Assembly: GCA_027604505.1 (NCBI GenBank)
Contig: JADIIX010000002.1
Location: 1 to 64,000, forward strand
Direction: 5' to 3'
From: Gonapodya sp. JEL0774
Lineage: Eukaryota
DNA length: 64,000 nt
Shown one piece after another: positions 1 to 13,728 of this stretch. Position 1 is the first letter of the stretch. Each line of letters begins with the position of its first letter. The position numbers and the translations under genes are program-made. The notes under the pieces were generated by a model, which was not told where the DNA came from, did no database searches, and saw nothing but the letters and a program-made list of their open reading frames with translations.

Positions 1-1960
1 ATCCACATCCTCCACACCCGGAATAACGTATCCCCTGACCGTACTGACCGTACCGCCCGAGCCCAAGCCCGAGCCCGAGCCCGGTACGGGTACGGCCACC
101 GACACGCCGCCACCGCCCACGGTACCGCCCGACAGGGGCACGGGCAAGGTGCGCGGGAGGGACCAGGATGAGGTGGATGTGAGCGGGGGGGGATGCGCGG
201 TGGGGGCGGTGGGAGTAGGGGGCGGGAGTTGGTGCGGGGGGGGAACCAACGATGGTGGTGAAGGGTCGTGGGCCGATGTGGGGGTGGAGGTGGGCGGGGG
301 GTGGGAGTGGGGGTCGAGGAGAAGGGTGTGGGGGGTTGCGGGAGGGGGCTGTTGGGTGTGGGGGGGTGGTGAGCAGGGGTGTTGGAAGAGAGCACACGGA
401 TACCCCGAGTCCCTTCCGTCCACAACCCCCGCACCCGCCCCCGTTCACACCAACGTACCCCGTTCTCCCCGTTCTCCCCGTTCTCCTTGGCACTGCCTAG
501 TGCTAGTCCATCTCCCTCTCCCTGTCCCTCTCTCTTACCCCCGGTTCCATCCTGCCCCCCCTTTCCCCAATTCCTCTTCCTGGCGACGACCCAGCCGGCT
601 GCGACGAGGGCGACGAGTGCGGCGACAGCGGAAGCTGTGCCTGCGGCGATGGCGGTTGTGGGTGGTGTGGAGGGGAGAGGAGGGGGTGGTGGTGGGGGTT
701 GGACGAGGGGAGGGGCAGCGGGGGCTGGTGAAGGAGACAGGGACGTGGTGGTGGACGTGGAGGTGGTGGGATTTGAAGTGGTTGTTGTGGAGAGGGGCAG
801 CTCAGTGTTCCTGAGCGGGGTGCAGACGGCGGGATAGGCGTTGCGGAGACTGTAGAGGCCGACATTGTCAGACAAATCACATTCAACAAGGAGAGCCTGC
901 GGGATCAACCCGTCTACGTTTCCCAAGAAGTTGTTGCTCTGCAGGCGGAGGAACTGGAGCTGGGTGAGTGCGGCCAGGCCGGCAGGGAGTTGGGCAGTGA
1001 GGTTGTTGTGGGAAGCGTCGAGGAGGGAGAGGCGGGAGACGTTGACGATGGTGGGGATGGGACCGACGAGTGCGTTGTGGTGGAGTGTGACAGAGGTGAG
1101 TAGGGGGAGGTTTGCGAGGGAGGGGAATGGGCCGGAGAGGAGGTTGAGGGAGAGGTCGATCGACTGGAGGGAGATGAGGGAAGAGAGAGGGGGGATTGTG
1201 CCCGAGATTGAGTTGTTTGAGGCGGAGAAGACAGCGAGGTTTTGTAGGGAAGAGGAAGAAGAACCGAGTGCGGAAGGTAACGAGCCCGAGAGATTGTTTG
1301 ATCCAAGGTAGAGGTTCTGTAAGTTTGGTAGGGAGGCGATTGCACGAGGGATTGAACCCGAAAGTTGATTTGAAAGGAGGGAGAGGGTGCGGAGTTGTGA
1401 GCAGTTTGAGATTGATTGAGGGATTTGACCCGAGAGTTGGTTGTTGCCCAGGTTGAGTTCTGTCAGCAGAGTCAGCGACCCGATCGACCCAGGGATCGCA
1501 CCAGTCAGGCCGTTGTTGGACAGATCAAGCGATTGCAGCTGTGGTCGGGCGAGTGGGAGGAGTGGGTGGGTGGAGTGTGGGTGTTAGGGGCAGTGCGCGG
1601 GGAGTGGGGGGAGTGTGGAGAGTGGGGGGAGTGTGGAGAGTGGGGAGTCACAGTATCCCACTCACTCACCATCGACACACCCCCCACATCCTCCCCAATC
1701 GTCCCAGTCAACCCCATCCCACTCAACCTGGCGGCCACAATCCGCCCATCTCCGTCGCATTGCGCGAACAGCGTCGTCGCAGTGCAGCAGCCTGACACAG
1801 CTGGCGTCCACGGCACACTCACTCCAGACTGCACCAACAGCCTGCTGAAGAACTGACAGTCCGACACGGACGAGGCCGACGGAGACTGCCCCTGTGATGA
1901 TGCTGGGTACAGCACCAATGCCAGCAGGATCACCAGACCGACCAGTCCCAGTCCTCGCAT
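1..1960 (-). CDS. Plant-type LRR receptor-like transmembrane protein (possible LRR receptor kinase); continues beyond window start
   Basis: ATG at 1960 and signal peptide MRGLGLVGLVILLALVLYPASS, then a Cys cap (DCQFF..GCC..FAQCDGDGRI). GT-AG intron 1669-1539. About 9 LxxLxLxxNxLxGxIP repeats (LQSLDLSNNGLTGAIP, LTELNLGNNQLSGQIP...), a Thr/Pro stalk, a TM helix (AIAAGTASAVAALVALVAAGWVVA-RKR) at ~650-575, and a cytoplasmic tail running to the window edge. No kinase domain is visible in the window. Confidence 0.85.
1555..1650. repeat. Low-complexity tandem repeat (GGAGAGTGGGGGGAGTGT-like units) inside the LRR gene intron
   Basis: Repeated ggagtgtggagagtggggg units read directly from the sequence. 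Confidence 0.7.
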
Positions 1961-2142
1961 CCGCCTTCCCCACGTATGGATATGGTTGGGTCCAATGGCG
2001 GTGTAGTGGCCTCGTGCAGTAACCCCACCCGTGGCCTCCTCGAAGAGGAAACCAGACCCAACAACACACGGCTTCAGAAAAAAATCAGAACCAGACGTCT
2101 CCAACTAGTTGGTGCCCATCAAATTTTTGTTTAATTCTCTAT

Positions 2143-3384
2143 ATGCATCGTCCCGGCGCAACCATTGTCTTTGTTGTCGTCTTCGTCGCCGCCCTGTCTC
2201 CACCGGCAGCCTGGGCTCAAACCCAAGCCTCCGACTGCGCCGTTTTCGAACAGTTGTACACTCTCTCCCGACAATCCTACTCCTGGACGACCGGCAGATG
2301 TTGCTCCACCGGCCCCAATATCCCCGGCATGCTGGTCGATCCGCCCTTTTTCCAGTGCGACAGCGCTGGTAGGATCCTCAACGCCTACGTCAACGGGCAA
2401 CATCTCGCCGGAGCGATCCCCCCGTTGTCCAATCTCACCAAGCTCGAATACCTCGATATGTCTAGCAACGACCTGACTGGGCCCATACCACCAGACCTCT
2501 CAGGCTTGCAGCAGTTGACCTCGTTGGACATGTCCAACAACCCCCGTCTGTCCGGAAACATCCCCTCGTTGGCAGGACTCACCAACCTCTTTACGCTATC
2601 ACTCAGCTACTGCAACCTCACCGGCCCGTTACCGTCTCTGCAAGGCCTGGTCAGATTGTCCCAACTCAACCTGCAGGGCAACAGGATCACCGGCCCACTC
2701 CCACCGTTCGACGACACGTTGAGTCGACTCGAAAAGATTGATCTCAGCCAGAACTCGATATCCGGACCCATCCCGTCTCTGTCTGGTCTCAAGTCCTTGC
2801 ACTACCTCGACTTGAGCGGAAACCTTCTCACCGGACCCTTACCCAACGTGAGCAACCTCGCAGATCTCGCCTACATAATCCTCTTTGGAAATCAACTCGA
2901 CGGCAACATCGACGGACTCCTACCGACCACCGCGCCGCCGTCCGCCGGTGTACGAGAGTGTGACATCGTCACGACCGGAAACTCGGGCTTGTTCTCATGC
3001 ACGGGAAACTTCCCCCTCGCTTGCTCCGCCGACATCACGGGAGTGTCCCAGAACTATCCACAGATTGTACCGCGTGGAGCTTCTTGTCCAGCTAATGCGA
3101 CCTACACCCCCAGAGCCGACCCTCGGACCGCCACCCCAACCGCAAACGCAACCCCAACTGTGCCGTCCTCGGTCCCTCAGATCACTTCCACCGCCGCCTC
3201 CGCCTCAAGCCAAACAAATCCATCTGCAACGGTGACAGTGACCACAACAACAGGCTCGGTGACGGGGACGGTCGGTGCGCGGGGTGGTGGGGCAGCGACC
3301 GTTGTGGTGGGGAGGGATGGACCACGCTCGGCCGCGGCCGTTCTTGTGGTTCTCGCACTATCACTTGTTTTTCTCTCTACATGA
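2143..3384 (+). CDS. Secreted plant-type LRR protein, probably GPI-anchored (receptor-like protein)
   Basis: Single 413-aa ORF: signal peptide, Cys cap (DCAVF..RCC..FFQCDSAGRI), 7-8 LRRs (LEYLDMSSNDLTGPIP etc.), Cys-rich C-cap, Ser/Thr stalk, and a terminal hydrophobic tail (SAAAVLVVLALSLVFLST) with no cytoplasmic part. Confidence 0.9.
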   Translation: MHRPGATIVFVVVFVAALSPPAAWAQTQASDCAVFEQLYTLSRQSYSWTTGRCCSTGPNIPGMLVDPPFFQCDSAGRILNAYVNGQHLAGAIPPLSNLTKLEYLDMSSNDLTGPIPPDLSGLQQLTSLDMSNNPRLSGNIPSLAGLTNLFTLSLSYCNLTGPLPSLQGLVRLSQLNLQGNRITGPLPPFDDTLSRLEKIDLSQNSISGPIPSLSGLKSLHYLDLSGNLLTGPLPNVSNLADLAYIILFGNQLDGNIDGLLPTTAPPSAGVRECDIVTTGNSGLFSCTGNFPLACSADITGVSQNYPQIVPRGASCPANATYTPRADPRTATPTANATPTVPSSVPQITSTAASASSQTNPSATVTVTTTTGSVTGTVGARGGGAATVVVGRDGPRSAAAVLVVLALSLVFLST

Positions 3385-3699
3385 CTTTGAGTTCCACCTC
3401 TCCTGTAACTTAATTGCATCCGATTTGGTTGGTTTTGGATGTGTCTTGTTGTGCAGAAATTCCCTGTTTAATTGTGATCGAAGAAATTCTTGTCCACGTT
3501 CTTTTTGTTGACTTGGGAGACAAATGTAGACACGCCGATCCAGATTCCAGACTCGTCACGTTGCATGGATGGGAACTCACCATAGTACATTGTTCCAATG
3601 TCTCTCGTTGGTATGAAGGTGGACAAGAGCAATTGAAAGTGCTCGCCATTCCTCTACTCAAGGGGGTAGAGAACAGAGTGTGAACATGTGGTGAATCAT

Positions 3700-6600
3700 T
3701 CTCTGATGCTGACAGAAATGTTGGTGGACACAGGGGATGGGAAAAAGTTGAGATCGGAGGGGAAATCAAGCGTGGGTTATTAAAAAAAAACCTAATAACT
3801 TTGATTAAAGATGAAACTGGGTTTGATTTGGTGCCGGAGGTGTAGGCCCGTTTCACGTCATTCAGACAGTTGTGTCATTTTTAGAGATGGCCATGGAGGA
3901 GTCACTTGTCCACATCAACCTTCACCACGTAGAAGCAACTCTCAACGTCTCTGTGCTCATTCAAGCCCGAAGCCATCCACATACCACCCCATGTTGTGAT
4001 GGGGTGGCAAAGTGATAGTAGTGAGCAATCAGGACACAGTTCATGAAAGTATCCAGAGGATGACTAGAGAAGAGTGGGGTATCATTGATGTGACACCCCT
4101 TGTTGAAAGGTGCAGGTATGTAGTCAGTCCCTGGTTTGGTTGATGACACAATTCCCTGCCAGACAACACCAATGTGATGGACACACACAGAACAGTCCAT
4201 CAAAGGCAGCTACATTCACGCAGTAGTAACTTGCTTCCACTTCAGGAAGTGTGTCAGCCACAGCGTATCCCAACAACTTTGTCAGGAGCTGTTGCTGGAA
4301 CTACCATGTGCAACATCTCAGAGGGACAGAGAGGTATGATGAGTGAGATGAATGTGCAAATACTTGCGAAAAGACTCGCCCATTTTTTTCCCAATTGCAG
4401 CACCTTGTGCAATTTCTCCACTTTGAAAGACTTGCAGCACTCACATACTTACAAATTCAGCCTACTTGGGGACTGGAGGTTGACCAGAGCATTGCTCAGA
4501 TTGTGGCAAAGGGACTACCAGACCTGGTGAGAAGCCCCAGGTGGATTGCAATTCTGTCTTCCACGTCACAATTACTCTTAATCAGATGCTGTTTGGTTAT
4601 CAATGTGGTAACTTGGAAGATCCCTGAACTCAAGCAGATGCCATCTCTGCATTGAAGCTACTATAGCTTAAACTTGAATTCTCTGTCCCGAGGAACCATA
4701 CTTTCAGGAGTTGTCAAACATTATGAACGTGAAAATAAAAGACACAAACTCAAGCACCTCTATCTAGCAGAAACCAGCAACGCACCTTCACTTTGATGAA
4801 TGAGGGAGGATGGGGGAAAAATTGTCTCAGTGATGTTGAAAAGCTGGAACTGCATTGGAGAGCACTGGCCACTGAGGTATGTTTCTGTTGCCTGGTGTCA
4901 TCTTCCATCTTCATGAGCATTGTAAGAGAGTACTTTTAATTTGGGGTCATCAATAAGCGTCATAAAAGATATGCCAGGGCAAAGTCTGGACATTTCTCAT
5001 GCACAAGTGGAGTTTATCTCCGATCAAGTCTAAATGGAGACAGGAATGCATGATGTCTCACCCAAAGCACTGCAGGAACTTGTACAAAGAGCAATCAGTG
5101 TCTCAAGTGCCATAGATGGAAGCTCCAAAACTAGATTTCAGTGTTGTTTGATATGGTCTGTACTGATGGACAAGCAACAGTGAGTACGGGGTGAAATTCT
5201 CCTTTGTTGTGTCCACAATTCTCTGCCACTGAGTCACCTATGTCAGTTTTCTATTGATTGGCCCCAAAAGTGGTGGAAGACAACAATCTACTTTTGGACA
5301 CATCCTCAGAACAACGTTTCCCAGAGTTCTGACAAACCTCAGCCATGGTGACATTGACCAAAGACATGCAATCCTTTCATGAATGAAGAGATGTTCTGAC
5401 AGCAGAAAGGTTCACTGGCAATGAATGGATCAATATACAATTGCATTCCAATGGCCTCATGTGTTTTTGCATTTAGCTTAATACTCCAATACCTCTAAGT
5501 GCAAGCTTGCATCTCAGGGACTGCAACAGCCACTGGACTTGTCGATGGTAACTTTGAATTACTGCATATCTATTGTTCTTCCTGGTAATTGCTTTGCTCC
5601 TTGATCCTTTTGAATGGTCTACCCTTTCAGACACTTCTGAGTAAGCTGCGATTCATCTGTTTTCTGAATAATGTTAGTTACTTCCAACATCAGTTACCCT
5701 TATCCACTTCTGATTTATATTTTACCCCTCCTCACAGGTCAAGCAATTGCAAAGTAAATTTTGTCAACTTGTGGTTCTCCTGTCCATCTTGCTTCGGAGG
5801 AAGAGAATGAGGGTGGTGTAGATGAACTCCTGATGCCACTTCCCATCAAACCAACCTATGAACCAGCTGATTCCACTATGACCAACTCTGAGATGTTTGC
5901 GGTGAGCACTCAATTGTGACTAGGAGTATCATTAAAAATCCACATGAATCACACTTTTGCCATTGCTCTGTCTCAGATGACACTCGTGCACAGCAATCAG
6001 TTGCTGCATTCACTGCTTGGATGAACACCTTGTCAACTGATCCAGCTGATAGTGAGGATGTCAGGCTCAATATCCCCTTTGTGAGTTGGATTTGCTTTAA
6101 TCCTCACTCAGCTCAGCATGGTGACCTTAGGTGATCCATTAAGACAAAGGGTTGCAGTGATTTATAGATATCTCAAGTGGCACAGAGTAATGCTTTCTCT
6201 CCAATTTGAATGTTAATTCCAATGTTTCCCCTGCGCACATTGAATGGCTGCGCTTGGTGGGACTCATTTTATAGCAGAGCACTATCTTCCATTTTCAACC
6301 TGCTCCCAATAGAATCCAAGAGAGTGAGCACAATTTCTAGATAGATATTTCATTTTCACCTGGAAATACTATGAAATCTGTGTGTAAAAGAGGTTCTGCC
6401 ATGTTTCCTGCCTGGGTGGTTGTGTCAATGTTCTACAATGTCATGGTATTGACACCCACGAGTGGTCCAGATTGCTCAGCTGCATGCCGTATAGGCATAG
6501 TTGTCATGTGGGTAGTCTTTCTGATGCACTGGATGGCACAACGGACAGGGGATCAGGGGTTGACCTTGGATGGGTCACGAGCATGACATCTCCAGTTACA

Positions 6601-7650
6601 TCTGGGGGAACTGGCATAGAAGTGCTGCTTTCCATCAATAACATGCACTTTATTTGATGCTTGCTAAAGTAGGTGTCCACACTGTGTGTGACAGAGAGGA
6701 ACCCAAATGGACTATCCCAAGTCTTCAAAACTTTCACAGGTGCAGCTATTGAGAACCCAGTAAACATGACAATTTGGGTCATTGCTCCACCATGGTACAT
6801 CCATCACTGTCAAACATCTGGTTTTGAAGATGATGAGTGCTTTAATATCACAACAACAGTTGGTGATGTTGTTCTGCACCTCCTCAGACAGCTGGAGTGT
6901 GGTGCTTTATAACATCAGACATTTCTGTCCTGCTCACAGTGTTCTCTCATCATGCTAGTGTCAACTGACCTGGCCCGCTCAACCTTGTATGTGATGGGCC
7001 ATTAATTCTTCACTACCAAGGTACCCCTGTCTGAAGAGGAGGATGTTTCATTGTGTTAACATAAATTTGAGTGTTGGAGTGGTGGGATGAACACATATCA
7101 TTTGAGATTTGACCTCAAAGAGTTGCCTTTCCCTGTGGCCCTGGAACACCATTGTTCATGAAGCTGTGGTGCCAAGAGGGAAATGTCATTTGCATGTGGA
7201 ACTATGAAGGTTCTGAAGAAATCAGAAGATCTGAATTCTGGCTTGTGAAGTTCTGCATTGAATCAAAGTTACAAATAAAACAAGCAGAAGACAAACTCAC
7301 TAGACATGAATGATCAATTCTAATACACTTTGAGCTCCGAAAGAAGCTCCAATGATACTGCACTCAACCTGGAAAACACCCAAAGCGACCACACGCTGGC
7401 ACCGCAACCAACAATGATCTAGAGAATTTTCTGGAAATCCCTCAAAACGGTCAACTATGGGGAATTCGGACCCCTCCTCGATAGTAGTACGTACATATGC
7501 GCGGAATGGGGGACGAGGAGAGATCGGGTGGGGATGCCAAGCCTCCTGGCCCGCGATGAGGTGATTTTTGAAACGTCTGGTGTGGAAAATTCTGAAGGAT
7601 GACCAGGAGATTCCCGTTGGGCTGCGGCCCTGGCGGGCTACACACAAATG
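3700..7650 (+). mobile_element. Degenerate Kyakuja-Dileera-Zisupton (KDZ)-like DNA transposon remnant
   Basis: Broken frames keep KDZ-like motifs in order: (C)QAC..GLVDGNFELL (~5500-5570), CGEHSIV (~5900), FYNV (~6430), PYRHSCH (~6490), GTGIEVLLS (~6610). Many stops, visible CpG depletion and TpG/CpA excess. The ends are not defined. Confidence 0.55.
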
Positions 7651-7758
7651 AATGAAATGCGAAACTCCAGCAGAAACCTGATGCCGCTCAACATCCAGGT
7701 GCCCCATGACCACCCCGACTCCCTACCGTCACGCTTACATACTTTGGTTCGTGAACCT

Positions 7759-10164
<2,406 letters not shown>

Positions 10165-10340
10165 CGGCGTGAGCAAATGTGGAGATCTCCCTGTATGGGC
10201 TGCAACAACTGTAAAATATGTACAAAGTGGTTTTTGACTCGCACTCGGTTGATTCCCATGTTCTCCATATGCTTTGAAGTGATAAGGCGATAGTCGTTAT
10301 CGGCTGTGGGAAGAGCTGAAGACCCACCCCATCAACACAG

Positions 10341-12325
10341 ATAACGAAAATGCTATCCCCATCAAACGAACTCAAGCGCGAACTGTCTCGCCTCAAAGAT
10401 TACTATTACACGTCTCCCTATGATGAATCGTCCACCACTGGTACTGGAAACCTGTCCGTCACCCCCGGGAATCCACGTTCGACCCCGAAACCCAAACCAT
10501 ACCCACCCAACTTTGTCGAGCTCGTTCGATCATCACTAGACGAACTGCAACGTGAGTTGGCTGTATGATGATCGAGAAATGTCTTGCCGTGGATGTGAAA
10601 CAGTGATGGTGGTTTGATGGCTCAAATCATTTGCGCGATGCAGTTGTGTCTTCACCATTGGCGAAGCTGCGAAGCTCATGATTTCGTCCCAAACTCGGAT
10701 TCTCACGTTTTCCTTCAGACGCACCGGGTATTACTCTTTGTCTTGAGCGACTCTCTGGAGAAGAGTACCCAGAATGGTAAGATTATTTTGCCTCTGTTGT
10801 TGTTTTCCCAAGATCCAGACGACTCAACACTTGCTCTTCCCCCAGGTCACTCATCTCCCACCTTCTCCATCTTACCCCCAGCCCCAAACGTCACGTCTCT
10901 CTTCCCACCGCCGCATCTGCTCTGGACGCCGTGTGCGATGTAGTGCTGTTGCATCCTCCCGCGCTCGTACTGAACACACCGAAGGTGCCCAAAGAGGACG
11001 ACGAATTCAGGGTGTGGGATTTGGTGGATAATGTTTTAGAAGGAATGGCGGCTATAGAACCAGAGGAGGCGGGGAAAGTAGAGGTGGCGAAGAAGGATAT
11101 TCGAGGGGTAAGTCGTGATGATATCTTCACGGCATCTTCAGAACACGCCTGCATTTAATTTGGGACTCACAGAAAGTAAAGCGTGCGATGGCATCCGAAG
11201 AACCAGATGTGGTCCCAGCTGAAGTCAGAGTAGGTGGTCACTCAAACATTCTGCAGATGCAGGTGCGCTGACAACGTGATCCCGCCATTAAATTCATAAC
11301 AAACTTCACACCAAACCACATCAAATGTCGAGTGCAGCGTCAGTATTCTATACGCTTGCTAGAACTCCTCGCTACGGTACTCGAAAGGGACGCACTTTGT
11401 TGCGAGGGTGAGGTTTTGACTGTCTCCCACAATCTCGTAATCTCCATGGTACACCAACACATAACCACATTTTTTAGCTGATCTGTCTGCCACCATCCTC
11501 TACCAATCCACCCATGGCCCTTCTGCTCACTCGACGTCCCGAGACGCGGCTCTCAAACTTGTATCGCTTGTAAGGGCAGCAGGAAAAGTGGATGGTTTAG
11601 ACTCTCTAGAAGCGGCCCAGAGAGTGATGAATCAGGTATGTTGAGGTGATGCGTAATGAGAGTGCGGCGTAGGAGTCTTAACAATGGATCTTTGGACCGA
11701 CAGTTCGTGTTGCTGACCTTGACGAACAGCGACGAGTTTGAGAAACTGGTGGAGACTGTGTATCCTGTTCTCTCTTCCATGTCATGGGACGAGGTAGAGA
11801 CATTTTACCTGGTGAGCTATTTATCATGTGAAACATTTGAACACGGATCGTCGACAAAAGCATTTCGTCTAGTCCACATCATCACCTGCACTCCGCCTTC
11901 ACCTCGCTGACCTCCATCTCTTGGCGTCGTTTCGTCACTCAATGGACATTCCCAGTATGTTCCCCCCCGGCCCCTCACTCGCAAAGCTGGCCGCAGCGTA
12001 CGTCCACGGAACGCCCCGGGCAAACCCGGCACGCAACCCCGTGGGGTACGCAAAGGAGTCCTACCAACAAGCGTTTCTTATCGGCGAATACCTGAAGGCG
12101 GCGGAGGAAGTCGAGGGCGGGGTAGATGAGAGCGCGGAACGAAACGTCGCGACGGCCGTGGAAGAGGGAATCGCGAGGAGGGTCCCCGACAGGGACAAAT
12201 GGGAAAATGTTGAGGTGGAAGCACGAGGTTGGTGGGAGAAGATGGACGCGGTGCTGGTTGGGTTGGTGGGAGTCTTCGATGGAGATGACATTCCAGAGGA
12301 AGAAGACGTGGTAATGGATTATTAG
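10341..12325 (+). CDS. Multi-exon coding region; probably the 3' exons of the RING-PHD gene, or a separate hypothetical gene
   Basis: Coding-like exons bounded by AG/GT (e.g. ..VLEGMAAIEPEEAGKVEVAKKDIRG|gtaag). Terminal exon ..WWEKMDAVLVGLVGVFDGDDIPEEEDVVMDY*. Confidence 0.5.
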
Positions 12326-12485
12326 TTTGCACTCGGTGCACGATAACTATAATGAATAAGTAGAATGCAAGCCATTGCTTTGAATTGCATTCGACGGGTT
12401 GATTTTGTTCCGGTTGGTTTGTTCTCGGTTCAAGCCGGGATTCTGGCTGTCTGCAGTGTCACAACCACTACGAAATCATTCAATC

Positions 12486-13227
12486 ATGCAACGACGAACA
12501 GTGAAGACTGCGCAGCGATTCGTACCAGGAGATAATTTCTTGCAAAGTCTTTTATTGCGGTCCACCTTCACCGTCGTCTGTGGGTCGTGAAACTCGGAAA
12601 CTTGTGCTATGGAAAGGATGCAATTCTGACCCTGCAACCGTATTCACGGACGCCATTTCACGGCACCACCCCTATCTCTGATAACGCTGCTGCAATCGTT
12701 TCGGCATCCTCGTTCCTGCCTTGCGCGCACCTAACAGCATCCCCCCCTGTCACCGCCTCTACGTCATCCATTTCCACAACATCTACTATACACGACGATG
12801 TGGGAGCTCATCCCGAGCGAGTACCACTGATAAAATTCGGCAGAAGTTATTCCGTTGAAAACCGTGCGTTGACTTTTTGGAGAGTGGTGCGAGTAACGTT
12901 CCAGAACGGGTCTACAATTGATGTATCCCGTCTCGTACCTTAGTCCCAGTGCACCCCCTGGGTCCCCTTCCTACCCCCTCCTCCCCGTCTCCGTACTATG
13001 CACCATCCTTCCAACCTGCTCCAGCTGAGCGAAACCCCAACGCAGAGTATTATGGGAGCATCTGGGAGTTCCCAGCCTCGAAATCATTCAGGGTCCGGCC
13101 CATTTCTGAAGAAGAGATGGCTGTCGTTGAGGTGAGTCGGAGGCTTTGGGTGGTGCCATAACTTGCCAGTTCTGCTTCCAGGAGTGGCAAAGAGTATTGG
13201 AGCTACGGTGATGAGAAAGGAGGCTGA
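12486..13227 (+). CDS. Kgd4/Ymr31/MRPS36-like small mitochondrial protein
   Basis: HPERVPLIKFGR motif and C-terminal YYGSIWEFPASKSFRVRPISEEEMAVVE resemble the MRPS36 family. Start and end are uncertain. Confidence 0.5.
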
Positions 13228-13728
13228 ATTACCATCAACTCACACAGGACAGTAAGACGGAGACAGCATTCTGTCCTTGATGAAAGTTTCAAGCAGCAGC
13301 CTGTTCTAAAGTGGACAAAAGGGTGTTACGGCGGGCATGAGATCTGCACCGCTCGTTACATTATGTGACCATTGCGCAGTCACTGTACTGCTTGACGCCA
13401 GAATTGACTTTCCCCTCGCGCACCCACCCATCAGCTTGGCGGAGCGTTCCCGGATCCTCCTCCGGCAAAAGATGCTAAAAAGGACGGCAAGAAATGATTC
13501 CAACACCGTTCAGGAAACTGGACGATTAGAGATGACGTCGCTGTTTTGCATGCTTGCATAGTATTATGATGAAATACAATTGTTGGTGGAAAGCTGGCCT
13601 GTACATGCCGATATCTCGTTGGTAGTGGTGCCGTGGGTAATTAATTACAAGTGCTGCGTGCGCGTTACCATGTCGCGCGTTATGCTTCATCTCGCTCTCG
13701 TGGCGGGGAAAGACTCCAAGTATACATG

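Noticed and set aside
149..1856. Several + strand ORFs over the first LRR gene
   Set aside because: Antisense shadows of the GC-rich minus-strand LRR gene, with no coherent protein features.
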